DNA from: Bacteroidales bacterium
GTDB taxonomy: Bacteria; Bacteroidota; Bacteroidia; Bacteroidales; Muribaculaceae
Direction: 5' to 3'
Length of the DNA stretch: 55,013 bases
Assembly: GCA_004552395.1 (NCBI GenBank)
Contig: SFOK01000001.1
Coordinates: forward strand, 1 to 55,013
Of the stretch, positions 40,028 through 49,790 are shown piece by piece. The position numbers and the translations under genes were made by a program. The notes below the pieces were generated by a model. The model had not been told where the DNA came from. It worked only from the letters and a program-made list of their open reading frames with translations, and did not search any database. How positions within the stretch are numbered: the stretch's first letter is position 1; every line of letters starts with the position of its first letter.

Positions 40028-41554
40028 GGTGGTCTGTTTGAGGTGCAACTTACAAAGCAGACGGTCGGCATATTTTTTCTCCTCGGCTGATATTCCGGTG
40101 AAATAGATGGCCGCCAGAGTGGTGAGGCCCGATAGTATGCTGAAGATAAGCAGGCCGACGAAGTTGGCCGGTATGGCCAGGTCTATGAGGAAAGAGACGG
40201 CTGTGGTGACGGCCGTGACGCGCAGAATCGGCACCATGACCCTCAGACAGTAAGTGCGCAATGTGATCTGCGAGAAAGGCTCGAAGTTGCGGATCGTGTT
40301 GACGAGGAAGGCGAGGCGCCCCAGGCAGAGCAGCGGATAGACCACCCAGGCTGCCATGCCGGCGTAGAGGGCGAGCCAGCTCAGCGGAAAGGCGAGCAGG
40401 AAGAGGTTGCTGCCTATTAGCACCGACTTGCGGAGATGTCCGGTGGCCGACATGGCCGTCCACATAGGGTTGCTCAGCGAGTTCACCATGGAGTAGACGA
40501 GTGTCCAGCAGACGAACGTGGCCGACCATTCAGGCACATCGACGAGCCATAGGTCGAGTATATAGTTCACTCTCAGGCATATAGGGAGTATGAATATCCA
40601 GAAAAGATACCAGGTGAGGCGCGTGCTGCTGAAGACGAGCGACTCGAGCTCTTTCTCCTCGCCGGCCGCATAGCGTTTCACGATCTGCGGCCTGACGGCC
40701 ATGAAGAAGTTGTTGGAGAAATTGCTTATGGCATTGTTGACCTGTCCGGCCACGCCTCGGGCCGCGTTGATCACGGCGCCGAAGAATATGTTGAGTATGA
40801 TGTTGATACCCTGCTCGTTGACCATCCAGACCGAGGAACCGTAGACGTACCAACCGCTGAAGCCCATGAACTCCTTGATCAGCTTCTTGTCCCAGACGCG
40901 GCGGTGGCGCACCTCCTCGTAGCGGCGCCGACAATAGAGGGCCATGATCAGCTTGGGGAGTATCTGCACGCCGGCCATCAGCCAGGCGTAGACCACGAGC
41001 CTGTCGGGCACGTGCATGATCAGGAAGGCCACACCGAGCTTTAGCAGCGCGTCGATGATGCCGAGGTAGGCGTAGAGCTTCATGTTCTCGCGGGCTATGA
41101 GCACGGATTCGTAGACCGAGAAGACGAATGTGGAGGCCAGCGTGATAAGTGTGGCATAGAGCACCGTGACGGCGGCGGGACGCTGCGCCTCGGGCAGGTT
41201 GAGCTGCGTCTTGACGAACCAGACGCCGAATGTGGCTCCGGCGATGAGCACCACCACGGCTATGGCGCTGAAGATCATCAGGCTGATATTGAAGATCTTG
41301 CGGGCCTTCTCGAGCGAGTTGCGCCCCAACTCGAAGTTGAGGAAGCGCTGTGTGGTGCCGGTGAGCGAGGAGGAGAAGAACACGAGCGCCGTGGATAGAC
41401 CGCCCACGACATTGTAGATACCGTAGTCGACCACTCCGAGGGCTTTGAGCACTACGCGGGAGACGTAGAAAGCCACGCACATCACGAAGAACATGCGTAT
41501 ATACAGGAACACGGAATTCCGGGCTATTCTCTTATTGTCGGAGACGGTGGACAT
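40022..41554 (-). CDS. Wzx-like oligosaccharide flippase (MOP superfamily)
   Basis: NKRIARNS.FLYIRM, LG..DYGIYNVVGG, QG.NI.LN.FFG...NAARG.A.Q; many TM helices. Confidence 0.9.
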   Translation of the reverse strand: MSTVSDNKRIARNSVFLYIRMFFVMCVAFYVSRVVLKALGVVDYGIYNVVGGLSTALVFFSSSLTGTTQRFLNFELGRNSLEKARKIFNISLMIFSAIAVVVLIAGATFGVWFVKTQLNLPEAQRPAAVTVLYATLITLASTFVFSVYESVLIARENMKLYAYLGIIDALLKLGVAFLIMHVPDRLVVYAWLMAGVQILPKLIMALYCRRRYEEVRHRRVWDKKLIKEFMGFSGWYVYGSSVWMVNEQGINIILNIFFGAVINAARGVAGQVNNAISNFSNNFFMAVRPQIVKRYAAGEEKELESLVFSSTRLTWYLFWIFILPICLRVNYILDLWLVDVPEWSATFVCWTLVYSMVNSLSNPMWTAMSATGHLRKSVLIGSNLFLLAFPLSWLALYAGMAAWVVYPLLCLGRLAFLVNTIRNFEPFSQITLRTYCLRVMVPILRVTAVTTAVSFLIDLAIPANFVGLLIFSILSGLTTLAAIYFTGISAEEKKYADRLLCKLHLKQTTN

Positions 41555-41585
41555 GAAAAATGAACAGTAGGCTCTTTCAAACTTG

Positions 41586-41756
41586 CAAAGTTAGCAAAAA
41601 TAATTCAGAACGGGCAAGTCGGTGAGGCAAGAGAGGCGAGATCACTGGTGAGGTAAGATCAGACAAGGTCGGACAAGTCTGAAAAGTCTGAAAAGTCTGA
41701 CTGTCGGCGGAAATTGGGCGGGGTATTGCAGATGTGGCGGAGAATGAGTATCTTTG
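41586..41756. promoter_or_regulatory. Divergent Bacteroidetes promoters with a 9-mer repeat tract between them
   Basis: TAACTTTG (minus, 41586-41593) and TATCTTTG (plus, 41749-41756); tcagacaag/tcggacaag/tctgaaaag repeats at about 41659-41701. Confidence 0.6.
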
Positions 41757-41782
41757 CAAATTAGAGTAAAACGGATACAGAC

Positions 41783-42889
41783 ATGCAATCCCGGACCCGA
41801 ACAAGATGCAAGAAGCTGATAGGAGGTGTGTTGCGCTTCCTGATTCCGGCTGCTATCACAGTGGCTCTGGTCTGGTATATGTTTACCAAGATCGATTTTG
41901 CGCAGCTGTGGTACACGGTTTGCCACGGCGTGGACTATATCTATATCCTGCTGGCGATGGGAGTGAGTGTGTTCAGCCATGTGTTCCGCGCCATGCGGTG
42001 GCAGCTGCAGCTCAACGCTGTGGGGATTCGTACGCCGCTCTGGCCCCTGAGCTGCTCTATTTTCGGCACTTACGCCCTGAATTTGGTGTTTCCGCGCTTA
42101 GGCGAGGTGTGGCGCTGCACTTACGTGTCGGCGCGCCAGAAGGCGCCTTTCGCCAAGGTGCTCGGCACTATGGTGGCCGACCGGCTCATGGACACTCTCA
42201 CCGTGTTTCTGCTGCTGCTGCTCTCCCTCGTTGTGGCCAACGCGCAGATAGAGGCGTTTCTGACGCGCTATCCGGTGGGCCGCGGGGTGCTCTCGCTGTT
42301 GGCCAATCCGTGGGTTTGGGTGTCCGTGGCCGCGGGTGTGGCTCTTGTGTGGGCGCTGTTCCGGATGGGCCGCGACAACAGGATAGTGAAGGCTATCCGC
42401 GAGAAGATAGCGGAGATATGGCGCGGCTTCGCGGCTGTGGGGAGCATGAAGGGACGCGGCAAGTTCCTGCTGCTCACGCTCTGCATCTGGGGCTGCTATT
42501 TCCTGCAGCTCTACTTCGCCTTCTTCGCTTTCCGCTGCACACTCGACCACTGCTTCGGACCCGGCACAGCCTTCGGTCTGGTACCCTGTCTGGTGGCTTT
42601 CGTGCTATCCTCGATCGGCATGGCCGTGCCGAGCAACGGCGGTCTGGGACCCTGGAACATGGCTATAGTCTTCGGCCTGATGCTCTACGGAGTGCCTGAA
42701 GCCGAGGGCGCGCCGTTCTCGATTGTGGTATGGAGCGCGCAGACCATCATGCTCGTGATCTTAGGAATAATAACAGCTATCTATATATCCACAGAGAAGA
42801 AAGAGGGACTCCTGAAAGGAGAGCCGTCAGCCGCCGAGATCCTGGAGGAGGCTGTGGAACCCGACGCCGCCGGGCGCCCGGAGCGCTGA
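41783..42889 (+). CDS. Lysylphosphatidylglycerol synthase TM / UPF0104 flippase-like protein
   Basis: RA.RW, N.VFPRLGEVWR, GT.VADR.MD, P.NGG.GPW. Confidence 0.88.
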   Translation: MQSRTRTRCKKLIGGVLRFLIPAAITVALVWYMFTKIDFAQLWYTVCHGVDYIYILLAMGVSVFSHVFRAMRWQLQLNAVGIRTPLWPLSCSIFGTYALNLVFPRLGEVWRCTYVSARQKAPFAKVLGTMVADRLMDTLTVFLLLLLSLVVANAQIEAFLTRYPVGRGVLSLLANPWVWVSVAAGVALVWALFRMGRDNRIVKAIREKIAEIWRGFAAVGSMKGRGKFLLLTLCIWGCYFLQLYFAFFAFRCTLDHCFGPGTAFGLVPCLVAFVLSSIGMAVPSNGGLGPWNMAIVFGLMLYGVPEAEGAPFSIVVWSAQTIMLVILGIITAIYISTEKKEGLLKGEPSAAEILEEAVEPDAAGRPER

Positions 42890-42939
42890 CCATTATGCGC
42901 CTGAGGCCCTCTTGCTCAACCACATATAACACTGCCGCA

Positions 42940-43521
42940 ATGAGATTCGATAATACAGAAGACGACGAGAAAGAAGATTTCTTCGAGAATACGCCACCGG
43001 AGAAGCCGAAAGAGCCCAAACCGCCCGTGATTCCGCCCGAAGATCCCCGCTACTGGGACCGCGAGGAGAGCGAGTGGGAGCATCTGCGCATGGGTACTTC
43101 GCGCCGCAAACGTTTCCGTATCCTCGCCGGGATCTGTGTGGTGTTGTTTCTGCTGCTGATCTTCGGTTTCAAGTGGATGTTCGGCACACGGGCGGAGCAG
43201 TCCGTGGCCTACGGCTATGTGGACAATATCGAATACCGCGGCAAGGTGATCAAGACCTACGAAGGCGTGCTCATCCCCTACAAGGAGATACACGACACTA
43301 CACGCGTCTACAAGGAGGATTTCGATTTCTCCACGTCCAAGACGCAGGCCGCCGCGCTCAATGCCTACCGCAACTCAGGGCGCCCGGTGAAGGTCACATA
43401 TCGCACCTACATCTCGCGTATGCCGTGGCGCGGCGAGTCGCTCCGCTATGTGGAGCGTGTCGACACGGTGAATCCCGACTCTATCCTGCCGCCCGAGTTC
43501 AACGCGCGTCCCCGCCGGTAG
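42940..43521 (+). CDS. Hypothetical single-TM protein
   Basis: Acidic/Pro-rich N-terminus, one TM, G.V.KTYEG and PWRGES motifs; ATG at 42940. Confidence 0.75.
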   Translation: MRFDNTEDDEKEDFFENTPPEKPKEPKPPVIPPEDPRYWDREESEWEHLRMGTSRRKRFRILAGICVVLFLLLIFGFKWMFGTRAEQSVAYGYVDNIEYRGKVIKTYEGVLIPYKEIHDTTRVYKEDFDFSTSKTQAAALNAYRNSGRPVKVTYRTYISRMPWRGESLRYVERVDTVNPDSILPPEFNARPRR

Positions 43522-43524
43522 GGG

Positions 43525-44487
43525 TCAGAAGACCTGGCGGAAGATGACTGTGCCGGGAGCGGAGGAGGTGCCGGGACGGACGGTGAGGGTAGCCATGGCT
43601 CCTTCGACGATGGGGAGGTTGCGGTCTGTGTGGCCGATAGGGAAATCAAACGCTATAGGTATGTCTGCGGATCCCCACTCGGGGAGCCGGCGGCGCAGCA
43701 TCTCGGCTGTGCGGTTATAGTTTTTGTCGGGGCGGCTCTCGGTGAACTGTCCGGCGATAATCCCTTTGTATTTGCTTAAAGCGCCTGAAAGTGAGAGCCT
43801 TCTGACCATGCGCTCGGTACGGTAGATAGCCTCCCCTATGTCTTCGATGAAGAGGATCGTATCCTCGCCGTCGCGTGGTGCGAGCAGGTCGAAAGCTGTG
43901 CCGCCGAGACCGTCGAGCACGGCCAGGTTGCCGCCGCGAATCGTGCCGCGGGCCTCGCCCGGGATGTCGAGCGGCGAGCCCTGCTCTGTGTAAGTGAGTT
44001 CATGGGCTCCGCGCAGCAGACTGAGCATCAGACGGTTACACTCGTCGTTGGAAGGGAAGAGGGCCAGGTGCTTGGCCATGGAGGAGTGTATGGAGCGCAC
44101 GCCGGCGCGGCTCATCATGGCGTGGAGGGCGCTCACGTCGGAGAAGCCGATCACCCACTTGGCGTTTTCGCGCAGCAGCTCCGGCTCGAAAGCATCGATG
44201 AAGTGCACGCAGCCGTAACCGCCTCGCGCACAGAGGATAGCCTCGCAGTCCGGGTCGAGCATCGCGTGGCGGAAATCTTCGCGGCGGTCCTCCTCCGAGG
44301 CGGCGAAAGAGCCGTCGGCGGGTCCGAGCGCGTGAGGCGCGACCTCCACGCGGAAACCTTCGCGGCGCAGCGCCTCGGCGGCTCCGCTCACATATTCCGG
44401 CTTTATCTCCGTGGCCGGAGCCACGATGCAAATCTTGCTGCCCGGGCGCAGCGCTTTAGGGGTGACGGGTACGTTGTTCCGGCTCAT
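43525..44487 (-). CDS. LD-carboxypeptidase (peptidase S66); alternative start at 44517
   Basis: CARGGYG, IGFSDVSALH (Ser), GGNL, LFIEDIGE (Glu), FPIGH (His). Confidence 0.92.
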   Translation of the reverse strand: MSRNNVPVTPKALRPGSKICIVAPATEIKPEYVSGAAEALRREGFRVEVAPHALGPADGSFAASEEDRREDFRHAMLDPDCEAILCARGGYGCVHFIDAFEPELLRENAKWVIGFSDVSALHAMMSRAGVRSIHSSMAKHLALFPSNDECNRLMLSLLRGAHELTYTEQGSPLDIPGEARGTIRGGNLAVLDGLGGTAFDLLAPRDGEDTILFIEDIGEAIYRTERMVRRLSLSGALSKYKGIIAGQFTESRPDKNYNRTAEMLRRRLPEWGSADIPIAFDFPIGHTDRNLPIVEGAMATLTVRPGTSSAPGTVIFRQVF

Positions 44488-44518
44488 ATCAGTCTCATTT
44501 ACAGGTCCGCAGCTCATA

Positions 44519-45307
44519 TCAGTTTACTTGCACCGGGATACTCGTGGCCAGCTCAATCCTGCGGCCTATGGCGCGCAACTCCCCGGCCTGTATCTTCTGC
44601 AGATTCTCTTCGGGAGTGGAGCGGTCAATACTGTAAAGCATTATTTCGCGGGGCTTTATCTGCCTGTAAGCCTCGATGAGCGCCTCAATTTCCGCGTCGG
44701 TGGTGTTGTCGACCGTCTTGCCGTCGTGGGAGCCGCGGAGCATCATGGTCTGTATGATGCCCGTTCCGGCGAAGGCGCGGAGCTGATCCACGACCTTAGC
44801 TACGGTGAATTCTTTGGCGCCGGGGCGGTCGAGCAGCCGCATGGTCTCCTCGATGGCCGAGTCGAGCTTGAGGATATTATTGTCGGCGCGGGCGAGGGCC
44901 TTGACCACATCGGGGCGGTGGAGCATGGTCGAGTTGGTGAGCACACTCACCTTGGCCCCAGGGAAATGCTCGTCGCGGATGCGCAGCGTGTCGTCGAGTA
45001 TACCGGCGAAGTCGGGGTGGATCGTCGGCTCGCCGTTGCCCGAGAAGGTGATCACGTCGAGCGTCTCGCCGCGCTCCTTCATGGCGGTGAGTTTCTCGGT
45101 GAGCAGCCGGGCCACCTCCTCGCGCCGCGGGAGTCCGGCATTGCCCGGGCCCTGGGCGTTGTAGCCCGCCTCGCAGTAGAGGCAGTCGAAGCTGCAGATC
45201 TTGCCGTCGCGCGGGGAGAGGTTCACGCCGAGCGACGTGCCGAGACGGCGCGAATGGATAGGACCGAAAATTGTATCGTGAAACAGAATAGTCTGATTTG
45301 CGCCCAT
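44519..45307 (-). CDS. Radical SAM protein
   Basis: FGPIHSRRLG.SLG.NL, CSFDCLYC, ITFSGNGEPT.HP. Confidence 0.9.
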   Translation of the reverse strand: MGANQTILFHDTIFGPIHSRRLGTSLGVNLSPRDGKICSFDCLYCEAGYNAQGPGNAGLPRREEVARLLTEKLTAMKERGETLDVITFSGNGEPTIHPDFAGILDDTLRIRDEHFPGAKVSVLTNSTMLHRPDVVKALARADNNILKLDSAIEETMRLLDRPGAKEFTVAKVVDQLRAFAGTGIIQTMMLRGSHDGKTVDNTTDAEIEALIEAYRQIKPREIMLYSIDRSTPEENLQKIQAGELRAIGRRIELATSIPVQVN

Positions 45308-45335
45308 AGTCTTGAGAAGTTAAGAAGTGTGTCTG

Positions 45336-45668
45336 TCACAGCACGGCTGCCGCGCTGCGGATTTTTGAGAGGATAGCGGACAGGGATTTGTCGTTGCGTG
45401 CCATCTGCATATTATAGTCAGATTGAAGATTGCACCAGATATATGCAGGAGTGTCCAGGGCTGCCTCTATCTTCAGAGAGAGTTCCGTCGATATTTGGCG
45501 TTTCCCGTTGATGATTTCGTTGATTACAGAATAGGAACACCCTATGAGGTCAGAGAATTTTCGCTGTGACATATTCCGGGATTTAAGTTCATCGAGCAGC
45601 ATCTGGCCGGGGTGGATAGTGCAAGCGCCGGAAAGCTCACCGGGAGCGTATATTGTTTTCTCTTCCAT
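45336..45668 (-). CDS. higA: HigA-family antitoxin (HTH)
   Basis: HPG..L.DEL, NEIINGKR.I, W.NLQ.DY. Confidence 0.9.
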   Translation of the reverse strand: MEEKTIYAPGELSGACTIHPGQMLLDELKSRNMSQRKFSDLIGCSYSVINEIINGKRQISTELSLKIEAALDTPAYIWCNLQSDYNMQMARNDKSLSAILSKIRSAAAVL

Positions 45669-45674
45669 AAGCTA

Positions 45675-45992
45675 TTACTTATAATGATTGCTGATGTCCA
45701 GGAGATTGCAGACACGAATAATCCGTGTCTCCGAAATTTCCCTGACAGTAAATTCAAGGCTATATTTTTGATTGATTCGGAGCGAGGAAATTCCGGCCTT
45801 GTCGCCTACCAGTACTTCGTAGTTCAAAGAATTAAAGCGATAAAGATCTTCAATCCTCTCTGCGTTCAGCAGATAACGGACACATTTAATATAGCCTCGA
45901 ACTACTTCCGGTTGAAATCGGTGTTTCTTCGATGAGGAAGCACCTGTTTCATAAAGTTCTTTTAAGTACTCTTTGTCGAATTCTATATACAT
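45675..45992 (-). CDS. higB: HigB/RelE-family toxin
   Basis: L..LYE.G, SLNYE.L.GDK.G.SS.RIN.KY.LEF; toxin gene precedes the antitoxin. Confidence 0.88.
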   Translation of the reverse strand: MYIEFDKEYLKELYETGASSSKKHRFQPEVVRGYIKCVRYLLNAERIEDLYRFNSLNYEVLVGDKAGISSLRINQKYSLEFTVREISETRIIRVCNLLDISNHYK

Positions 45993-46011
45993 GTGGTGGA
46001 ATTTCTCGGTG

Positions 46012-46055
46012 CAAATTTAATGATTAATTTTGAAATAGTTCGCTAATTTGCGAAC
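46012..46055 (-). promoter_or_regulatory. higBA promoter with a palindromic operator
   Basis: TAAATTTG -7 element (46012-46019) and near-perfect palindrome GTTCGCTAATTTGCGAAC (46038-46055). Confidence 0.65.
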
Positions 46056-46076
46056 AAATTTTCGAGGGTAACACTT

Positions 46077-46114
46077 AAGAAAGTGGAGGCCGGGCCTGAA
46101 CGGCTCAGCCTCCA
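46077..46114 (-). terminator. Terminator after the oxidoreductase beta gene
   Basis: Minus strand TGGAGGCTGAGCC-loop-GGCCCGGCCTCCA followed by CTTTCTT. Confidence 0.65.
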
Positions 46115-46146
46115 TATCGGTTTGTTCTGTAGATGTACTGGCGGAA

Positions 46147-47175
46147 TTATTTCACTTCCCAGGTCTCGGCGGTCTTCATCACCATGTCGCGGAGGCCGGC
46201 GTAGTTCTTGCGGCCTTTCACCTCCTCGACCTGGCGGGCCACTTCCGTCTCGTAAGCGAGACCTTCGGCGTCGCGGATCACACCGATAGCGAGCGGGAGA
46301 TCCCGGCCGTCCATCATGGCCAGCTGCTGATGCAGGAAATTGTTCTGCGTGTGGGCGTCGTGCACGAGCACATCGTCGAGCGTGTAGCCGTCCTGACCTA
46401 TTGTCACAGCCTTCAGCCCGAAACCGTCCTGCACGAGACCCTTCTCCATCTCCTTGCCGAAGAGCATCTTTTCGCCGTGGCGCAGATGGATGGTGCGCTC
46501 GTAGCGGAACTCTTTGGCGGTGAGGCCGGCGTAGATGCCGTTGTTGAAGATCATGCAGTTCTGGAGGATCTCGACCACCGATGCGCCTTTATGACGGGCG
46601 GCGGCCACCATCACCTCTTTGGTAGTGTCGAGAGCCACATCGAAGCTGCGGGCGAAGAAATTGCCGCGTGCGCCGAAGGCGAGCTCGGCGGGGATGAACG
46701 GGTCCTCGGTGGTGCCGTAAGGGCTCGATTTGCTCACGAAGCCGCGCTCCGAGGTGGGGGAGTACTGTCCCTTGGTCAGACCGTAGATACGGTTGTTGAA
46801 GAGGCAGATGTTGATGTCGATGTTGCGGCGCACGGCGTGGATGAAATGGTTGCCGCCTATGGCGAGGCCGTCGCCGTCGCCGGAGATCTGCCAAACCATC
46901 AGGTCGGGGTTGGCCACTTTCACGCCGGTGGCGATAGCGGCAGCGCGTCCGTGGATGGTGTGCATGCCGTAGGTGTTCATGTAATAGGGGAGACGCGAGG
47001 AGCAGCCTATGCCGGAGACCACTACGGTCCGGCAAGGGGGCACACCCACTTCGGCCATAGCCTTGTGGAGTACGTTGAGTATGGCGTGGTCGCCGCATCC
47101 GGGACACCAGCGCACGCTCTGCTCGTTCTTGAAATCAGCGGCCTTGAAGGCGCAGTTTTCTATATTGTTTTCCAT
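46147..47175 (-). CDS. 2-oxoacid:ferredoxin oxidoreductase beta subunit
   Basis: WCPGCGD, SGIGCSSR, HGRA, TPP-binding GDGD..IGGNH, NN.IYGLTKGQYSPT. Confidence 0.95.
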   Translation of the reverse strand: MENNIENCAFKAADFKNEQSVRWCPGCGDHAILNVLHKAMAEVGVPPCRTVVVSGIGCSSRLPYYMNTYGMHTIHGRAAAIATGVKVANPDLMVWQISGDGDGLAIGGNHFIHAVRRNIDINICLFNNRIYGLTKGQYSPTSERGFVSKSSPYGTTEDPFIPAELAFGARGNFFARSFDVALDTTKEVMVAAARHKGASVVEILQNCMIFNNGIYAGLTAKEFRYERTIHLRHGEKMLFGKEMEKGLVQDGFGLKAVTIGQDGYTLDDVLVHDAHTQNNFLHQQLAMMDGRDLPLAIGVIRDAEGLAYETEVARQVEEVKGRKNYAGLRDMVMKTAETWEVK

Positions 47176-47229
47176 GTTGGGATTCGGTGTTATGGATTTG
47201 TAAGGAAGAAAGCCTTGGCAGATGGTGCC

Positions 47230-49113
47230 TTAACGGGCTTCGAAAGCGTTGTCGCCGGCCAGGATCGAGCGGACGCCCTGAGTGATCTCGTGGACCAGGA
47301 AAGGCTGGGCTTCCAGTTTGTTGATGCGCTTTATGTCCTTGCCCGGGAGTTTGGCCTGCAGATAGTCGGCGAACTGGCCCGTGTTGAGCTCGGCCACAAT
47401 GATATTGTCGTAGCGGCGAAGCTCGTCGAGGGCGTTGGCAGGGAGCGGGTTGATGTAGCGGAAATGGGCCACTGCCACCGGTTCGCCCTCTTTGGCGAGC
47501 TGCTTGGCGGCGGTGAGTATATGACCGTAGGTGCCGCCCCAGCCCACGAGCACAGTCGCGGCATCCTTCTTGCCCTCGATCTTGAGAGCCGGTATGTCGG
47601 CGGCAATGCGGGCCACTTTCTCGCGGCGTGCGAGCACCATCTTGGCGTGGTTGGCACCGTCGGTAGAGATCACCGAGGTGTTGAAATCCTTCTCCAGACC
47701 TCCCACACGGTGCATGGCGCCGGGGGTGCCGGGGATAGCCCACCAGCGGGCCATGGTCTGCTCGTCGCGGCGGTAAGGCTTCCAGCCCTCCCGGATCATC
47801 TTCTCGGTGACGAAGCGCGGCTTTATCTCGGGGAAGTCATCGGCCTCGGGCAGGCGCCATGCCGACGAGCCGTTGGCTATGAAAGCGTCGGTGAGGAGTA
47901 TGACCGGAGTCATGTGCTCTATGGCGACGCGGGCAGCCTCAAAGGCCATGGTGAAGCAGTCGGCCGGTGAGGCGGCAGCCATCACACAGACGGGCGACTC
48001 GCCGTTTCGGCCGTAGAGGGCCTGCATAAGGTCGGTCTGTTCCGTTTTGGTGGGGAGACCCGTGGAGGGGCCGCCTCGCTGCACGTCGATGACCACGAGC
48101 GGGAGCTCGGCGATCATGGCCAGGCCTATGCCTTCGCTCTTGAGCGCCAGGCCGGGGCCGGAAGTGGAAGTGACGGCCAGATCTCCTGCGAAAGAAGCGC
48201 CTATGGCCGAGCAGACGCCGGCTATCTCGTCCTCCATCTGCACGGCTTTCACGCCCAGGTCTTTCCTCTTGGCGAGCTCATGGAGTATGTCGGTGGCGGG
48301 TGTTATGGGGTAAGAGCCCAGGAAGAGGGGTCGTCCGCTCTTTTCGGAAGCGAGGATGAGGCCCCATGCCGTGGCCGTGTTACCCGTGATGTTGGTGTAA
48401 GTGCCGGGGCAGTTCTCGTCGGTCTCTATGGTGTAAGTGCTTGCCGAAGCGTGGGTGTTGTGTCCGAAATCCCATCCGGCCTGCACCACCTTAATATTGG
48501 CGTCGGCCACAGCCGGTTTCTTTGCGAATTTGATGCGCAGACGGTGGAACACACTTTCGAGCGGGCGGTCGAAGAGCCAGCAAACCATGCCCAGAGCGAG
48601 CATATTCTTGCTCTTCATGATGCTCTTGTTGTCGAGTCCCGAGTCCTTGAGAGTCTCTTTGAGCAGAGTCTCCATGGGGACGAAGATCACGCGTCGCGGG
48701 TCGATGCCGAGCTCGGCTATCGGGTCGGAGGTGCGGTATTCGGCTTTCTTGAGGTTGGTTTCGCCGAAGCTGTCGCTGTCCACGATGATGACGCCGCCCT
48801 TCTTGAGGAATCGTAGGTTCGTCTTGAGGGCCGCCGGATTCATGGCCACAAGCACATCGGCTTCGTCGCCCGGTGTGTGGACGTCGCGGCCTATGCATAC
48901 CTGGAAACCGGAGACACCGCTGAGGCTTCCCTGCGGGGCACGGATTTCCGCCGGATAGTCGGGGAACGTCGAGATCTGGTTGCCCACTCCGGCCGACACA
49001 TTTGAGAAAATGTTGCCGACCAGCTGCATACCGTCGCCTGAGTCGCCTGAGAAACGTACTACTACATTCTCGAGCGTCGTTGAGGCGGTGCTACAAACAT
49101 CTTTTGCTGTCAT
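47230..49113 (-). CDS. 2-oxoacid:ferredoxin oxidoreductase alpha subunit (gamma-alpha fusion)
   Basis: FSGDSGDGMQL, YPAEIRAP, YPITPAT, EDEIAG, QRGGPSTGLPTKTEQ. Confidence 0.95.
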   Translation of the reverse strand: MTAKDVCSTASTTLENVVVRFSGDSGDGMQLVGNIFSNVSAGVGNQISTFPDYPAEIRAPQGSLSGVSGFQVCIGRDVHTPGDEADVLVAMNPAALKTNLRFLKKGGVIIVDSDSFGETNLKKAEYRTSDPIAELGIDPRRVIFVPMETLLKETLKDSGLDNKSIMKSKNMLALGMVCWLFDRPLESVFHRLRIKFAKKPAVADANIKVVQAGWDFGHNTHASASTYTIETDENCPGTYTNITGNTATAWGLILASEKSGRPLFLGSYPITPATDILHELAKRKDLGVKAVQMEDEIAGVCSAIGASFAGDLAVTSTSGPGLALKSEGIGLAMIAELPLVVIDVQRGGPSTGLPTKTEQTDLMQALYGRNGESPVCVMAAASPADCFTMAFEAARVAIEHMTPVILLTDAFIANGSSAWRLPEADDFPEIKPRFVTEKMIREGWKPYRRDEQTMARWWAIPGTPGAMHRVGGLEKDFNTSVISTDGANHAKMVLARREKVARIAADIPALKIEGKKDAATVLVGWGGTYGHILTAAKQLAKEGEPVAVAHFRYINPLPANALDELRRYDNIIVAELNTGQFADYLQAKLPGKDIKRINKLEAQPFLVHEITQGVRSILAGDNAFEAR

Positions 49114-49402
49114 GGAATGTTAAGGTTGGTTTTTTGAGGGGAGGGAAGCGGGCCTCGGGGCGTCGCGGCAACGGTGCCGGGGGCGTCGCGGCAGCTTCTC
49201 TTCCGTATTTTGGGAATTGTGTTTCTTTTTCGGGTTGGTATCTTCGGGGAAGCGGCGGAGCCTTCCGGAGAGGCTTTCGGTGCGCGTCCCTTTATATTTA
49301 AGGTGTGACTGCGGCCGGAAAGGCCCGACCGCAAGCCGCTTCGGAGCCGGATTTCCGTTCCGACGCTCCCGAAGCGCCGGGAGCTCTCCCCGGATTGCCC
49401 TG

Positions 49403-49433
49403 CAAAGTTACAACATTTATTTCTGCAAACAAA
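49403..49433 (-). promoter_or_regulatory. Bacteroidetes promoter for the oxidoreductase operon
   Basis: TTTG (49430-49433), 19-nt spacer, TAACTTTG (49403-49410) on the minus strand. Confidence 0.65.
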
Positions 49434-49744
49434 TTTTTGCGGATTTTCAGTCCGATTTAACGGTAATTATCTCCGAAAACGCTCTGACGGCTCCGAGATA
49501 AGCTGCCGTGGAAGTCCTGAAATATGTTGCACAACATCTTTTGTGATTTCCCCTCCGTTTATGGCGAAATGCAAGCAGACAGGCTCTGTAACGCATGAAT
49601 ATTAAGGACAGCTACCGGAGTTTTGCTTTTTTCGGCCCCTCCGATTGCAATAGTTCAGAATATTTCGAGGTCCAAAACTATGCGGCAGACCGTTCCCGGT
49701 CGGCTCTCAAGCTAAAAAAACCCGAACAAGGGTTAAATTTTTTC

Positions 49745-49790
49745 GGTTTTTCTTTGCAATCGTCCCCGCGCAAAGGCGGCGCGCCGCGGC
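49745..49790. other. Approximate junction between Bacteroidales-type and Firmicutes-type sequence
   Basis: Gene content, RBS usage and promoter type all change here; no integrase, IS or att site seen. Confidence 0.7.

Noticed and set aside
44482..44523. 12-bp duplication GCTCATATCAGT at the radical SAM/LD-carboxypeptidase junction as a target-site duplication
   Set aside because: Only 18 bp lie between the copies; local slippage that yields two in-frame ATGs is the simpler explanation.
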